Below are positions 25,819 through 41,200 of a stretch of 64,000 nucleotides of DNA, piece after piece. Below the pieces are notes generated by a model that did not search any database, had not been told where the DNA came from, and saw only the letters and a program-made list of their open reading frames with translations. Every line of letters begins with the position of its first letter. Within the stretch, counting starts at the first letter, position 1. The DNA is from Eledone cirrhosa (lineage: Eukaryota), in the NCBI GenBank assembly GCA_964016885.1, contig OZ024746.1, positions 22,444,001 to 22,508,000 on the forward strand. Direction: 5' to 3'. The position numbers and the translations under genes are program-made.

Positions 25819-28217
25819 CTTGCTAGAGGTGCCAGATGAGGTCTGTGGCTGGAGTAAGACCACAAGCAGGAGGAGAGTGACTTGGTGGTGGAACAATAAG
25901 GTAGATGAGGCAGTTAAGGCCAAGAGACAGGCATGGAAAGAATGGAAGAATGGGGGGAGTAGGGTACATTACATAGAGACCAAGTAGGAAGCTAGGCGAC
26001 AAGTATACTTAGCTAGGAGGGAAGCAGAGGATAGAAAATTCAAGCATGTTTTGCAGCGTGAGGACCAGAAACAGGAGGTATTCAAGATTGTGAGGCAGTG
26101 TGTCAGAGAGAATTGTGATGTCATTGGAGAGAAGTGTATCCGGAATGATAAAGGTGAGCTTGCCCTCACAAGTGCTGAGAAGAAAGATGCGTGGAAGAGC
26201 CATTATGATAGATTACTAAATGAGGAGAATGTATGGGAAGAAAAGACCCTACCCCAAGTAGACCCTATAGAGGGGCCAGCAGTACAAGTCAGCAGCAGCG
26301 TAGTAAGGCAATCACAGATATGAAGATGGGGAAGGCAACCGGTCCATCGGGTATAGCTGCCGAGATGCTGAAGGCATCTGGGTTTGTAGGTCACACTATA
26401 ACCACACGTATTGTTAACCAGGTAATACTAGGTGTCATACCAAAAGATTGGTGCAGTAGCATCATTGCCAACTGCTACAAAGGTAAAGGTGATGCACTCG
26501 ATAGAGGAAACTATAGAGGTATAAAGCTGATGGACCAGGTCATGAAAGTAACAGAAAGAGTTATAGCACAGTTGATTAGGGACCGGGTGAAACTAGATGA
26601 GATGCAATTTGGGTTTGTACCAGGAAGAGGCACCACTGATACCCTTTTCCTTGTGAGGCAGTTACGGGAAAAGTACCTAGCTAAAAGTAAGCCACTCTAC
26701 CTGGCATTCGTCGATCTCGAGAAAGCCTTTGACAGAGTTCCACGTGCTTTAATCTGGTGGGCTCTTAGAAAACTAGGAGTAGATGAATGGCTTGTGAAAG
26801 CTGTACAAGCCATGTATAGGGGAGCAGTCAGCAAAGTTAGGATTAGCAATGAGTATAGCGAGTAATTTAGCGTACAGGTTGGGGTCCACCAGGGCTCTGT
26901 TCTTAGCCCTCTCCTGTTCATCATAGTCCTGCAGGCAATAATGGAGGAGTTTAAGATCGGATGCCCATGGGAACTCCTGTATGCTGATGACCTTGCACTT
27001 ATAGCTGAATCTATGGTAGAACTAGAGAATAAATTCCAAACTTGGAAGCAGGGACTAGAAAGAAAGGGCCTCAAAGACTAAGGTCCTTGTAAGTAGACGA
27101 GAAAACAGAACCCAGATCCCCTCAAGGAAACGGCCTTGCTCAGTATGTAGGAAAGGTGTAGGTAGGAACTCCATTCTCTGCCCCAAATGCAAACAATGGG
27201 TACACAAGAGATGTAGCGGGATCTCAGGAAGCTTAATTAAGAATGTAGGCTTCACATGCAGCAGCTGTACTGGGACAGCAAACAGCCACAGGAAACAAGT
27301 ACCACCGATCTCTGGGAGGGCTCTGTAGAGACAGTAGACAGCTTCTGCTACCTAGGTGACTGAATTAGCAGCGGAGGTGGGTGTTCAGAAAGTACAATAA
27401 CTAGGGTAAGAATGGGATGGAAGAAGTTCAGGGAACTACTACCACTGCTAGCTGCAAAAGGCTTCTCCCTCATGAAAGGCAGACTGTATGATGCGTGTAT
27501 CCGAACAGCAATGTTACATGGTAGTGAGACCTGGGCGCTGAAGGTGGAAGACTTACGTAGATTAGAGAGAAACAAAGCCTGCATGCTCCGATGGATGTGT
27601 AATAGTAATATACGCGAACGACAAAGCATAAATGAATTGAGAGAGAGACTGAGCATAAGAGGAATCAAATGCTGTGTGCCGGAGAGGCGGATGCGTTGGT
27701 CTGGACATGTAATGCGTATGAAGGATGACAGCTGCATAAAAAGGTGCAGAGCACTAGAAGTCGATGGAAACTGCGGAGTGGGGAGACCCAAGATGATCTG
27801 GGATGAGGTGATAAAAGCCGACCTTACCCAATTACACCTCTCAAAGGCGATGACACACGACCGTGACCTCTGGCGTCACGCAGTAATACAGAATACCCGA
27901 CCTCCCATGGGTACAAGCTGAAGCATATAGACAATATGCCCCCACACCCTCCCACTGCAAGGTGGTCGTGGAGGTGCCACATCAAAAAAGCACCCAGCCC
28001 ACACTGTAAAGTGGATGTGTAGGCGCCACGAAAAAGCACCCAGCACTCACTGTAAATGAGGTTGGTGTTAGGAAGGGCATCCAGCTGTAGAAATCAAGCC
28101 AAATCAGTTCCTGTATGAGCAAGGCATAGTCAGCCGACCAGACACTGCCCACAACAGGACAACCCGTCTAACCCATGCTAGCGTGGAAGAACGGACGTAA
28201 AACGGTGATGATGATGA
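25819..28217 (+). mobile_element. 5'-truncated RTE-clade LINE with reverse transcriptase and PHD finger (defective)
   Basis: RT motifs KATGPSGI, YKGKGD..NYRGIKL, QFGF.PGRGTTD, AFVDLEKAFDRV, GVHQGSVLSPLLF, LLYADD, FCYLG, then HGSETW and GRP; several stops and frameshifts; 3' UTR ends GGACGTAAAACGGT(GAT)n. Confidence 0.95.
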
Positions 28218-31200
28218 CAGCCAAAACAAATATTACAAAGCATCATGGCTGTTAATCTCATAATTCTACCAATCCATTATCCTGAATTGGTATTTTATTT
28301 TGTAAGTATGCATGATCCCATAACTCATGAGGGTGACGTAGGGGTGCCACATTGACATAGTGTATCTAGGGCATTTGTTAAATCTGGCAGAACCCATCTC
28401 CTCTCCAGGCCTGAGTACAGCAGGATTTGAACTCGGAGAGCCAGACTGAATACCACAAAGTATTCTATCTGATGTTTTAATGACTCTGCCAATTTGCCAG
28501 CTGGTATTTTATTTTATTGACACTCTGAAAGGATCAAAGGCAAAATTTGAACATAAAGTGCAGAGAGCTGGAAGAAACATGGCAAAACACATGATTTGCT
28601 GTTGTTTTTATATCAAACTACCACTTTATTTTACCTAGGAGGATAAAAGGCAAATTTGATCTGTTGGATGATGGGAAAAAGTGCCAGGAAATCTTAGAAG
28701 AAGGAAGCCACAGTAGGGAAGACCTGGGCAGAGGTGTGATAGCTGATCTCAAATCACTGAGACTCACAGTGGAAGTGAGGAGATGCTATACTGAAGAGGA
28801 CCCGTCCAACCCATGCAAATGTGGAAAAAGGCATAAAAACAATGATGATTATGAATGCAGAAAAGCAGAAGAAATACAAGTCCTATGCTCTAACAACTCT
28901 GCCAATTCGATACATTGACACCTTATTCTGTGTAAGACATCGCATGGTTTGGAGGTGGTATTTACTGTCTAACTTTGATTATTTAGAAGAATAACTCTTA
29001 ATGTAGACTTGATTCTTTGTTAAAATATTGACTTGTTGAGATGTACCAAGTTCAAACATATTGTAATGTCTCCACAGAAACTTTAGCTACACAATTGGCT
29101 TATTGTATAAGCTTTACCTGCTTGTCTTCTCATATGTATTTGTTACTTATATTCTGTCTAGTTTGGTATATTGAGGTCAGTTATTTTTTTTTTTACTATA
29201 TTTCTTGGGAAAAATACTGGCTGTGATTTTCAAATCATTTTCAAAATAATTAGGAATTTGGAGGGATTTAAAATGTTATTAAAATGTTTTTCACAAAATT
29301 ATGATAGATTTTTTTAAAAAATAAATACACCATATTTCTAATAATTTTGACAAATAGTGTTTATCTAACCAAATTTCTCATGAAGTTGGTGTTTGTAATA
29401 CAATTGAACAAAAGGAAGGTTTCAATATAAAATTATAACGGAAGATTTAGGTAAATATAAACACTTCAAAATAAATAGTTTTGTATCGTAGAACGAAGAA
29501 GTTTCAAGCAGTTTGGTAATAAAAGGGTTAATCTTCAAAATATAACCTTTCACATTATAGGTGTAGGCATTATGTGGGTAAGGTTGTTTCGCAATCACAT
29601 GGTCTTGGGTTCTATACTTTGACCGATAAATACTATGAAAGACCAATGGAAACATAGTTTCCTTGGACTGATGTAATGGTTGGTTCTTTTCTTTTATGAG
29701 TTCACCTTAAAGTTTCCCATATTGGCAATTGCTCGTTTGGACAATTTATCATTTAAGTGTTAATTATTTTCTTGTCAACTTGTTACATTTAATGATAGTG
29801 TCCAGTAATTATTTCTTCATTGAAGAATAATACCTCCTTATTTTGCCTCTCTACTACAGTTAGTCATCAATTTGGTCTGTTTCCAAAATCTTGTTAGTTC
29901 TGCCGTTCAAGATTATGAAACAATCTAGTATTATAACTCTGTAGTCCTGATTTATGTCTTGTTGGTCTTTTTTATGATGAATTCTTTAACAAACAAGTTT
30001 TTTCTTTTGAAAAATAAATATTCTAACTGCTGGAATCAATTTAAGCTTCAAGTCTTGGCTTGTTGGCTGTGTGGATAAGAAATTTGTTTTGCACCCACAT
30101 TATTCTGGGTTCTGTTCCACTGTACCATGAGCATGTCTTCAGCCATAGCCTGTGATTGACCAATGTCTTGTGGGTAGAATTTGGTATGTCCTCCTCCTCA
30201 TCATTTAATGTCTGCTTTCCCTGTTAGCAAGGGTTGGACCTATTATATATAGAAAGCAGGGAAAAAGGGACGTAAAATGATGTTGATGATGATTCCCCGA
30301 TGTATATCAGGAGGTGACCACAGTTAGAAAGAGGTACTCAATGTGTTAGTAGAGAATAGGCATCTTTATTTATTTTTTTTAATAGAAAAGTGACTTCTAC
30401 CGTTCCTAGAACTGTTTGATTCGTAAGAAAGATATCATCAGGAAAGACCCGATTTCTTACAAATGAACCAGTTCTGGTCCTATAGAAGTCATTTCTATAA
30501 TATATATTTATACACGCACACATTACCAAAAAACATGCATTAAGTTATTAGAATTAATTGAATTAATAAATTTAGCCTTTCTTTTGACTGGGATGGGTAA
30601 AGGTTTTGTTTTTGTTGTCTTATTCACTTTTAACATTGCCTATACACATTTTAGAAATATATTTTTTTGTAACACTTAGTTTTGTTAGCAAGACAAAATT
30701 AGTAAATAAGCAATTAAATATATCATGTCACTAGTTACATGTCTAATACAGAAATGTCAGATCTCAAATAGATTTCTGTAGCCAAATATTTATAAAAAAT
30801 ATCAATTTGACCTAATTTCATGGCACACCTAGAAATTATTGGTGACACACCTAAAGATTATCTACGACATACTATTTAGAAATTTTATTTATGCTATCTC
30901 ACACACATGCATATTTTAATAGTGTTGTGTGTAAACATGGGTTTAGTCATAACTCTGATAGTTTAGGGAAGATGCCTGCTTAATATAACTAATAGATGAA
31001 ATCTATTAGCTACATTTGGTGTTTAAAACATACCTTAAAAGGTTTTTCAATTTGAATTTGGTCTCTTTAAAATTAGATTCTTTTTGTGATAATGTCTTTT
31101 TGGTGGGTTAGTATAAAAATGGTTAAACCTTTCTACTACTAATCTTGCACAAGTTAAAGAATTATTTTACTAAATCTCTCTGAATTTGTGATTAGTTCCA

Positions 31201-32870
31201 AAATGAATTGAAAATCATAGTATCTTTCATTAGAAATATGATAATGAAAGGGTTAACATGTATATATGTATTTATCTAAAAACCTTCCATCATTTTGTAT
31301 GAATATTTGTTCCAAATCCCATCTTAATGAAAACATTAATTATATTATCTCTCAAAATTCTTGATAATTTTCAAAATTATTTGAAAACTTAGTGTGTTTC
31401 ATTAGAAATATGGTAATGAAAAAGTTAACGCTGTTATTACCATATTTTTTATTAAATACATGGCCTATGTGTTTCAATTAATTTTGAAAATAACCAAACA
31501 TTTGGAGGAATTTAGTAAAATAACTTTTTCCATTAGTATGTTATTTATGATGAAAAGCATTTTTATAATAACAAATATAAGTATATAAAATAGCTTATAA
31601 AATAGTGAAGACCCTTTAAAAAAAAACGGAAAAAGTTGCCAATGGCATCTTTTTTCATCTTTTAAGGGTTTTCACTCCATCTTATAGCATCTCTGCACTT
31701 GAGCACATCACCCTTTATACTTATATATATAGTTTTTCTCTTTTTTCCTCCTTGGTGCTTAAAAGTCCGAAAATTTGGCTCACACACATTAAGAATAAAT
31801 ATTTTAAGATGAGCAGTTTTGTATCATAAATCGAGGTTGGACTTTTCATCCAGAAGTCCTTTTTATAGTTCGGTGTCCCTTATCAAACTAATTAAATGTA
31901 CATTTTCTTGACAACCTAAATGAAATCCTATGAATATTAAATTTGGTCTGAGTCTTTTTGTTTAGGATCTACTCTCTGTATTTTATCCCACCCCCTTATT
32001 ATTATTGCAGTCAATATTCAATATACACAGCCACAAACTTTCTAAAATGAGTAGAATAACTAATAATATATTATCAAAATTCTATAAACTAATTAATTCT
32101 AACAAACCATGATTACATAGAAAAGAATGAAATTAATTACAAAATAACTCTTCAAATCGATTTTCCAAGTAAAGACCATATCATCATCATCATCATCATT
32201 TTTATGTCCACTTTTTCCATGTTAGCATGGGTTGTACAAGACATTTCTTTTTTAGGTAGTATTATAATGTTAGATGCCCTTGTTGATACCAACCCATACT
32301 TTATTTTTAAGTATGGTATTTATTCCACTGTTATTCACCTGTTAAACCACTGAGCTGTGTTACAAATTGTTTATGTGGGACATAAATGAACAGTGCCATT
32401 TGCTTTTTTAAATAATATCATGATGACATGAGAGAAGACACACAAACACACAACAGCCTCTGCATAGTTTCTGCCTACCAAATTATTTTCACTCACAAAT
32501 TATTAGTTAGCCTAAAGCTATAGTAGCAGACAGCTGTTCAAGATGCCACAGAGTGGCATCGAACCTGAAACTACATGGTTCCTAATTAAACTTCTTAGCC
32601 TTAGCCACACAGTCATATCGTGAATAGAAATCATTTAAAATGCCTATTTTAAGTTTAACTTTTTAAATTAAAATATATAAAATGAAATTTCGTTATAACG
32701 AAATTCAGAGTATAAAAAAAATTCATTATAATGAAAAATTCTTTATGAGATCAACCTAACACATTGAGCATTATACTGAAACATTCGTTATAATGGAATT
32801 TGACCTATATATATATAAATAAAACAAGTGTAAGTCAACAGGTTAAAATTAACTTTCTTTATTCATATTC

Positions 32871-32929
32871 ACTGCAATATATATTTCGGTGATAATCATT
32901 ATTCAACAGCTATAACCTCATCAGGCAGC
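32871..32929 (-). ncRNA. Minimal type I hammerhead ribozyme (Penelope-like element type)
   Basis: Minus strand: GCTGC CTGATGA GGT[24 nt]ACC GAAA TATATA TT GCAGT. Stem I GCTGC/GCAGT, intact core, stem II closing G-C, palindromic minimal stem III, AUU triplet, AATAAA just downstream. Confidence 0.6.
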
Positions 32930-35464
32930 TAGAACTGGAACAGAAAAACAATGGTTGAACAAAGTTTAGCTCGTTATTTTGGCCCTTTGATATGCCCAGT
33001 TCCGAAGTGTGGTGTTGTTTTCTCAAAGAACTGGTGGCATATAAATTAGAATGAACAAATTCAAAGCATCCGAAGAATATACCTTCCCCCTCATTGGTCA
33101 GATACTATCTTAACACTCCAGTATCTAGTCTATTGAATTTCTTAGGTCAGTTGTCTTTGAAACAGGTCAGTCTGCTAGGGTTGTTCTTAACCAGCTATAA
33201 AACTGTATATACCTAGAAAATAGGGGTGTTCTGGTCTAGGTGACCTAATTGACATTATATATATATTCTTTGAATCCTAGCTGAGTGTTCCAATTATTTG
33301 ATCAATGAAACAGTCTGCTAATGAAATAAACATGCAAGTGGCTGAGTATTCCATAGACACATGTATTCTTAAGGTAATTCTCAGCAGGATTCAGTATGAC
33401 ACAGTGTATTACATGGCTGACTCTGAATTGAATTACAGGTACAATCCAGTTTCTGTCTACCCAATATCATCTATAAGACTTGGTTTTATTCGAGGTAATG
33501 GTAAATAACAGTTACTCATGGTGCCACACAGTGGGAATGAAACCAGATCTTAATGAAGTGAGGTTATTAAACATTCAGGCATGTTGCTTCCACTGTATCA
33601 TAGCAACAGCTGAATGTCCTATGTCTACAACTGATGAATATCAAATTTATGCTTAGGTTTGAACAATAGCATTCCTAAACCCATTTGTATGTTAATGTTT
33701 CGAGAATTTTTTAAAGCAGTTTTTTTCCTATTAACCCTTTTAGTCACATCCTATCATTAACTATGGAGGTGCTACTAGTATCAAATGTTCATATTGAAAT
33801 ACTTATTCAACAATACAGGCATGTGTAGTTAAGAAGTTTGCTTAGCATGCATGGGGATTTCAAGGTCAATCCCATTGCATGGCTCCTTGGCCCAAGTGTC
33901 TTTTACTAAAGCCTTGTCTTATGATTGACTTTTGTTGACGGAAACTAGAAGCTTGTTTGAGAGTTGGCTGAAAAGTTCATAAACTAACGAAGATACTCTC
34001 ATAAAATGACTAAATGAGGTTTATTTTTCAACATAGTTTTTGGAAAGAAACAATGCAGTTAAGAAGAGTTGAAATTTATGCATGCAAGATTTCACAGTTC
34101 TAGCATCACTCCTTCATAGTTAGCCTTTGAACTTTTCAGCCAACACTCATATGTATGTGTATATATGTACGTGCATTGGTTGGCATTAGGTCTTCTGGAC
34201 CTAGAAAAACTGCCTCAAAATAGTCTTGTCTAGCCATGTATCGAAAACGTGTGAATATAATGATGATGATGATGATGATTGAAGTTGGCGGTTGCTGATA
34301 ACTTAGTATTGAAAGAATCAAATCAAATTGAGGTTGATGTTTGGAAGGACATCCAGGTAGAGGGAAAGCGAAAAGGAGAGGAGCCAATTATGAGATCAGA
34401 CCAAAGAAACAGTGTTAATAGTCTTTGTTGATACTATCTGCTGGCTGCAACTCCTAGCAGAAAAAGCAAAAAGAAATAAAGTACTTTGCCCAAGAACTGA
34501 ATATTACGCCTTATCCAGGAATCGAACCCATGATCTTATACTTCTTAGTTCAACACCTTAACCACTGTGCCACATGCCTTCTCCCTCAAGATGTCTCCTC
34601 CAGCCCATGTTAGCATAGAAAAACTTGTAAAAACAATGTTGCTGATGTAAACTGGTTGCTGCTAATTCAATTTTGAGAAAATTAATTTTTCTATGCTCAG
34701 TCCCTATCACTATCATTTAAAACGGATGGTGAACGTTAATGGTGATGATGATCTGGGGTTGGTATTAGGAAGGGCCCCTAGCCATAGAAACACTACTTCA
34801 AAATATTTCATCCAACCCATGTTATTGGAAACAGCCGTAAAAACGATGTTGATGATGATGATCTCGGCTGACTGCTGCTGCTGAATTAATATTGAAAGTA
34901 CTGCTATGAAGATAGATGATAGATAGCAATGAGTTTAGGTTATTATATAGCTTCACTTGGCTGTTCAGTGAACATATTTACCAACAGATATATATTTTAT
35001 CTCCAGTATTGATTGTAATGTAAACATAATTATGATCTCTGATAGGTTTTCTTCTGTTGTTGCGACTACCTAGGAGGATTCCTCAAGCAGGAAGTATTAC
35101 TTGTTGAGTTGGCCAGGCTTTTCAGTGATTTTAATAATCATCATATGCAATACTGATTGATTTTACTAGATGGCCACTATTGGCAGCTGTGATCGTCTGT
35201 TGTGGAGAACTATAAGATGTCTTGGCACACATTCCAATTGAGTGCTTCCAAGTGTCTGTTAGATGTTTAATGTTATTTTATATTTCATGTTCTTCTGCTT
35301 TTCTTGATAACTTAGGAATTGTCATCTTTTAATGCATCTATCAATTGACATAGTGTCTAGTGGGTGGAATTGAACAAAGAAGTTTTTATGTATCTCAGTA
35401 TGTATGTATGTGAATGTATGTTTATATATGTCTGTGTATATATGTATTTGTATGTTTATGCATG

Positions 35465-35503
<39 letters not shown>

Positions 35504-36149
35504 ATGTTTATATATGTGTATATGTATGTTTGCATGTCAATGCATGTATGTGTCTGTCTGTCTGTATGCATGTTTATGTATGTCTGTCTGACTGTATATG
35601 CACGTTTATGCATGTCTATGTATGTGTACTTTTATATAAATGCTCAGAATTAAGGACCCATATTTATAGAGTCAATATAATATTTGTTATTGAAACTGAC
35701 TGATTTCTTTGAAGTTTTACTGAAGTTATTGGCTTATTAAAACAGTCTGTTTTGATAAGCTTCTAAGTTCAACAAAACGGTCACTATTAATAATAAATAT
35801 TATATATACTCTCACACACATGGAAAACAGATGTGAAATGGTGATGAGGATGATAGTTTTCTTATAGAGGTAGCAAATTGGTTGAGTCGTTAAAGTGTTA
35901 GATTAATTGCCTCAGTATTTGTTCTAGTTCAAATCCAGTTAAGGCCAATTTTGCCTTTTATATTTTTGGGGTTGTGGGATTGGTGGAATTATTAAAAAGT
36001 TAAACAGGATACTTTGCAGTATCAGATCTGGCTCTATACTTTCTGAGTTCAAATCTTGCCTTGTTGTGCTACAAGTTATGACTGACAAATAGTATCAGCA
36101 ATGAAAACAGTTCCTTTGTCCAATCTGATAATTGGCTAATTTAGTTTCA

Positions 36150-36578
36150 CTATTTAGTCATTCTTCAGTGTTGTTATATGGATTAAATACATAGATTCTG
36201 ACAAAGACACTTGAGAAGAAACTAGATGGTGCATAAACTAAAGTGTTTAGGGCTGTACAAAACATAAACTGGTATCAACATATTACAAATGAAAGTTTAT
36301 ATGGAAACTTGCCCAAGATAACAACTAGAATTGTTGAAAGATGGTTATGATTTACAGGTTATTGTCAGAGAAGTAAGCAGGAAGTTCTACACAAGCTACT
36401 ATAGTGGGAACTAAGTCATGGGAGACACAGTAGAAGCAGACCTGCTCGAACCTTCATTAATCAACTTGCAGATGATACAAACCTCAGTAGGGACCAGTTG
36501 CTAGGAGCAATGGAAAATTGTGAATTGTGGAGAGGCTTTGTCAGGAATGTTTGACTGTGGTCACAGTGATGATGATTA
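36150..36578 (+). mobile_element. Degraded RTE LINE C-terminal fragment
   Basis: SVLLYG..LTKTLEKKLDGA.TKVFRAVQNINWYQHITNESLYGNLPKI..GRHSRSRPARTFINQL; ends (GAT)n. Confidence 0.75.
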
Positions 36579-38086
36579 TTTAGTCAGAGACCAGTAGGTA
36601 GTATCAGCAATGGAAAAACCCAATAGAAACCTTGTTTCCTTGGTCCAATCTGATGAACTGCTTTGTTTTAAATTTTGGTTTCTTATTCAAATGTCAAGGT
36701 TTTTTGTATTTTGGATGAAACTTTAGATTTCTTTGTTATATCCCATTCTCTGCTGACTGACCATCAGATTTGGTTATTGATGATCAACGTATCTATATTA
36801 AACCATCATGTGATGGCTATTGATGGTCAAATGGATACTTTGACAATCAGATGATATAGGTAATTGACTGTAAAGTTATTTTTATTTGTATAATTGTATT
36901 ATTGATATGAAATATTCCAGAATTAATAACTATCTATTTGTGATTAGTGACTATATCTTTAATACAAATATAGAGAAGTTTTAGTTGTTTTTTTTCAACA
37001 TTATTGGATGTTGATATATATTCCTCTTAACTTATCTAACAGCTGCATGTTTACATATAAATTATATCTAATGTTAAGAGCTTTTAAGTGCTTTGTTCTT
37101 TTAACCCTTTCAACTATGACTCTGTTAGATATAGTCCTCAACCATGTAAAATTATCATTATCATGAGATCTGTTTTTGCATCTTTGCATGAGCTGGACAG
37201 GCTTTTTTCAGCACAGCCTCCCTCATTGCATTTCTTTGTTATTTTCTCTGTGAGGTTCAGCATTTTGATATCTATTTTCACCACTTGTCTAGGTCTTTGC
37301 CAGTCTTCCGTTACTGCAGCTTCTTTCCACTGGTATCTCTTGGCACTTCTTCATGCAATGATTATCATCAATACACATCACATGTCCATACCAGCATCTT
37401 TCCTGCACTCTACTACATCTGATTCCTCTTATGCCCAGTGTTTATATCAGATTATCAGTAAAAAAAAAAAAATATTCAATTAAAACTGTCTAGCGAGCTC
37501 TCACTCTTCCCAGTATTTGACCATTTAAACAGGTCAAAGAGATCTCATCTTGGTCATAAATCCCATATGTGGCATAGTTTCTGTGGCTGAATGCCCTTCC
37601 TAATGCCAACCACTGTACTGAGTATACTGGGAGCATTTCATGGCACCAACACTAACACTTTACAGAATGTATTAGGTGTATTTTATTGTAGCACTAACAC
37701 TAACTCTTTACAGGGTCTACTAGATGCATTGAGAGGTGGCCATGTCTGACCAGGCTGAAGAGTTCTCTTTACTGTTCTCCAAAGTGGATGTAAAGGATGA
37801 TGATTATATTGAATATATAACCAACACATGCTAAACAATTAAATTGTTTACTCATTATTGTTAGTTCTATGAATAAAACCACCTCATCCACTACATTTTA
37901 CTGTTGCTCAGTCAATTTAGACAACATAATCAGGTTTGTTTATATAGATGTATAATGTGTTAAGCAAGGATGTATATAGATATTGTGTAGATTATATTGC
38001 TTATCGACAACAGAAAGGTGTTTTAGAAATCTTTTACAATAAATATTGAATATTTTGTTGTTACTCTTACACCCTTATATATATAT

Positions 38087-38265
<179 letters not shown>

Positions 38266-41200
38266 ATTACCTTAATAATCTGTCTGTCTGTCTTTCTACA
38301 TCTATTTCCCTCTCTCCATAAATATATAGTTATATATATATATATAACTCTCTCTCATATATATATATATGTCCTATACGAGCAAGACAACCAATCTTGC
38401 CTCAAGTGGGGAAAATTCCCGTCCAAACGCATGCTAGCGTGGAAGATGGACGTTAAACGATGATGATGATGATTATATATATATATATATGTGTGTGTGT
38501 CAGTGGTGCTGTTTGTTTACAACTGACTAGATTAAGATCAATAGAATTATTACCAGACATAATGTATTTAACTAGGTGGAGTTTATTATACTAAACTACT
38601 TTCTCAATAGAAATCTTTGTTTAACAATAAACTATGTTTCTCTAATAAAGTGTATTAATGCATTGCTGTGATGGTTCTACGAAATATATAGACTCATTAT
38701 GATGGTGGGTTCAGGACAATTGTTTGTTAATCATTCTGTTTCTATTGTCTCCACCCTCTGTTGTTAATCAGTATTTGTATTACCTTGATAAGCTGCATGG
38801 CTTAGTGGTTAGAGTGCTGGGCTTAGGATTGTAAGGTACCCAGTTTGATTCCATGACCAGGTGGCATGTTGTGTTCTTGAGGAAGAGGATTCATTTCATG
38901 TTGCTTTTCATGAGAGGATTGGGGCTATTATTATTAAAACACCCAAGAAACCAATGGTCAGTCAGTCATCTTCATAGGTCAGTTAAACATACATAGGGGT
39001 GAGCTGTAAATTTCTTAATTATCTTTAGCCCTGTTTTCCTTTATTAATTGGTATTTGAATTGCTTTAAGACATGTGACTAAATGGGTAAGGTGTTGGGCT
39101 CATGAATTTAAGGTTGTCTTTGAACAAGACACTTTATTTCACATTGCTCAGTTCACTCAGTTGTGACAACACTGGAGCTAGGTTGTATTGGCCTTTGGAC
39201 AACATTGGTGTTATGGAGAGGGGAGATTGGTATGCATGGGCAACTGCTGCTGCTCTTTCAAAAAACACCTTGGCCAGGCTTGTGCTTCAGAGACAAACCC
39301 ATGGTCAGCCAGTCATGTGTGCCAAATCTATGGTCAATTATGACATGTTTGCACACCCATCAGATGGAGGTCTACAAAAACACCTTTCACCTGTTCAGTT
39401 AATTAGGTAATTTTTGATAAACCTCACATATATTATCTTTTCACTTGAAAGATTTGGAGAAATACTTTTTATTCTGACTTAGCAATTATTTGTTTTCTTT
39501 ATTATCTTACATTCAATGTCACAAAGTAGATCTGGCTAATTTATTTAATTCTATGTTGGTTTGTATTGTCTTTTCTACCTGATATGTTGTAAAATAATCT
39601 CTTCTAAGCATGTATCACCAATGGTGGAGATTTAATTCATTTTAAACCAGATTAGGTTAAGTCAGATATCAATTTATTAGCCTCAAATGTTTTCTAGTTT
39701 TTCTCCTCATTAACCTGAAATTTTTTTGTGTTTTCAAAAATAAATCTTTTCAGCTTAATATTCATTATAAGCTAAAGTTTTTTTTTTTAAATTTTAATAT
39801 ATGACTCAGCTTCATCACCAACAGCAGTCAGCTTTCTATGTTGGCATGGGTTAGATGGGTCTTCATGGTTTGAGACTAGATTGGTCGGGTGAACCATATT
39901 TTGCTTGCTCATACATTCTATTTTTGGCATGGTTTCTATGATTGGATGTCCTACCTAATGACAACAACTCTCCAGATGTATTGAGTGCATTTTATAATAA
40001 CACGAGCTGTAGAAAAATTATATCCTCCACAGGACTAAAGGGTCCTTTCAACTGTACATTTTCTCTGATCGTTGACCACTTTACAGAGTGTACTGGGTGC
40101 ATTTTATTGTAGCACTGCACCGGAAAGGTTATGCCATCCACATAACAAAAGGTTTCTCTCAACTTTACATAGAATGTGTTCCGTCACCCCCAATTTTCAC
40201 TGTGTACTGAGGGTATTTTATTTGTAGTACCAATACTGAAGTTTCATAGGATTTAACAAGACTAAAGTTTACTCACTACCCTATATTGTCTCCATTTATT
40301 CGAGTCAATTTGACCCAGAGGAGAAATAGTTATGTCAGAAGAAGGATGAGGGTGAATGTGTGAAGGTTACAAAAGTATGAATATATATATGGCAAAGTTT
40401 TTCAAATGAATGATTTACTAGTTTTTTTTAAATTCTTTTGCAAAACATAATTTGCTAAATAATAATTGGATAGGAAGTGAAATACTTCATATCTATGGTG
40501 GTGTGTTTTGAATAATTGATGTTCTAATTGGAAGGGGAACTCTATAAAACACTTCTATGTGTGTGTATATGTAGGTATGTATATATTGTATATATATATT
40601 ATATATATATACATTATATATTTCATGAATATTATATAATCTACAGAAAGTATTAATATAATATTTTGCTTGATATTTTCCATGTTGATATGGTTTGTGA
40701 CCTTGCTGATAGATTCCTCATACTAGGATGAATAAGAAATGAGAAGCATGGTAACTAAATGAAGGATATACTTCATAGGTGGTGAATTGACAAAGGTGTT
40801 AGGGCATCATGTTAAATGTTTTGTATTAGTTCCATCTCACTGTGATCTGAGTTTAAATCCTATTGAAGTTAACTTTGCCTTTCATTCTTTCAGGGTTGAA
40901 AAAGTACCAGTCAAGGGTGGGGGCTATATTAGTGAAATTAAGTCAGATGAGATATTTTGTGGTGCCTAATTCAACTTTGTGTGTTCTGAGTTCAAATCCC
41001 ACCTCCTTCAGCCAGGAGTTGTGCCCAGTAGATAGTATCAGCTTACAGTAGAAGTGGTGACTCATTGCAAGAAAGCAGTCATAAAAAAAAAGTTATAAAG
41101 TGAAGGCTTCATCATTGCTTCATCTTCCCAAAGGATTAGGGGAACTTTACAATGATGTTTCATATTAAAAGTGGTGGAAGTTTACATTGAGAGGGAGCTA

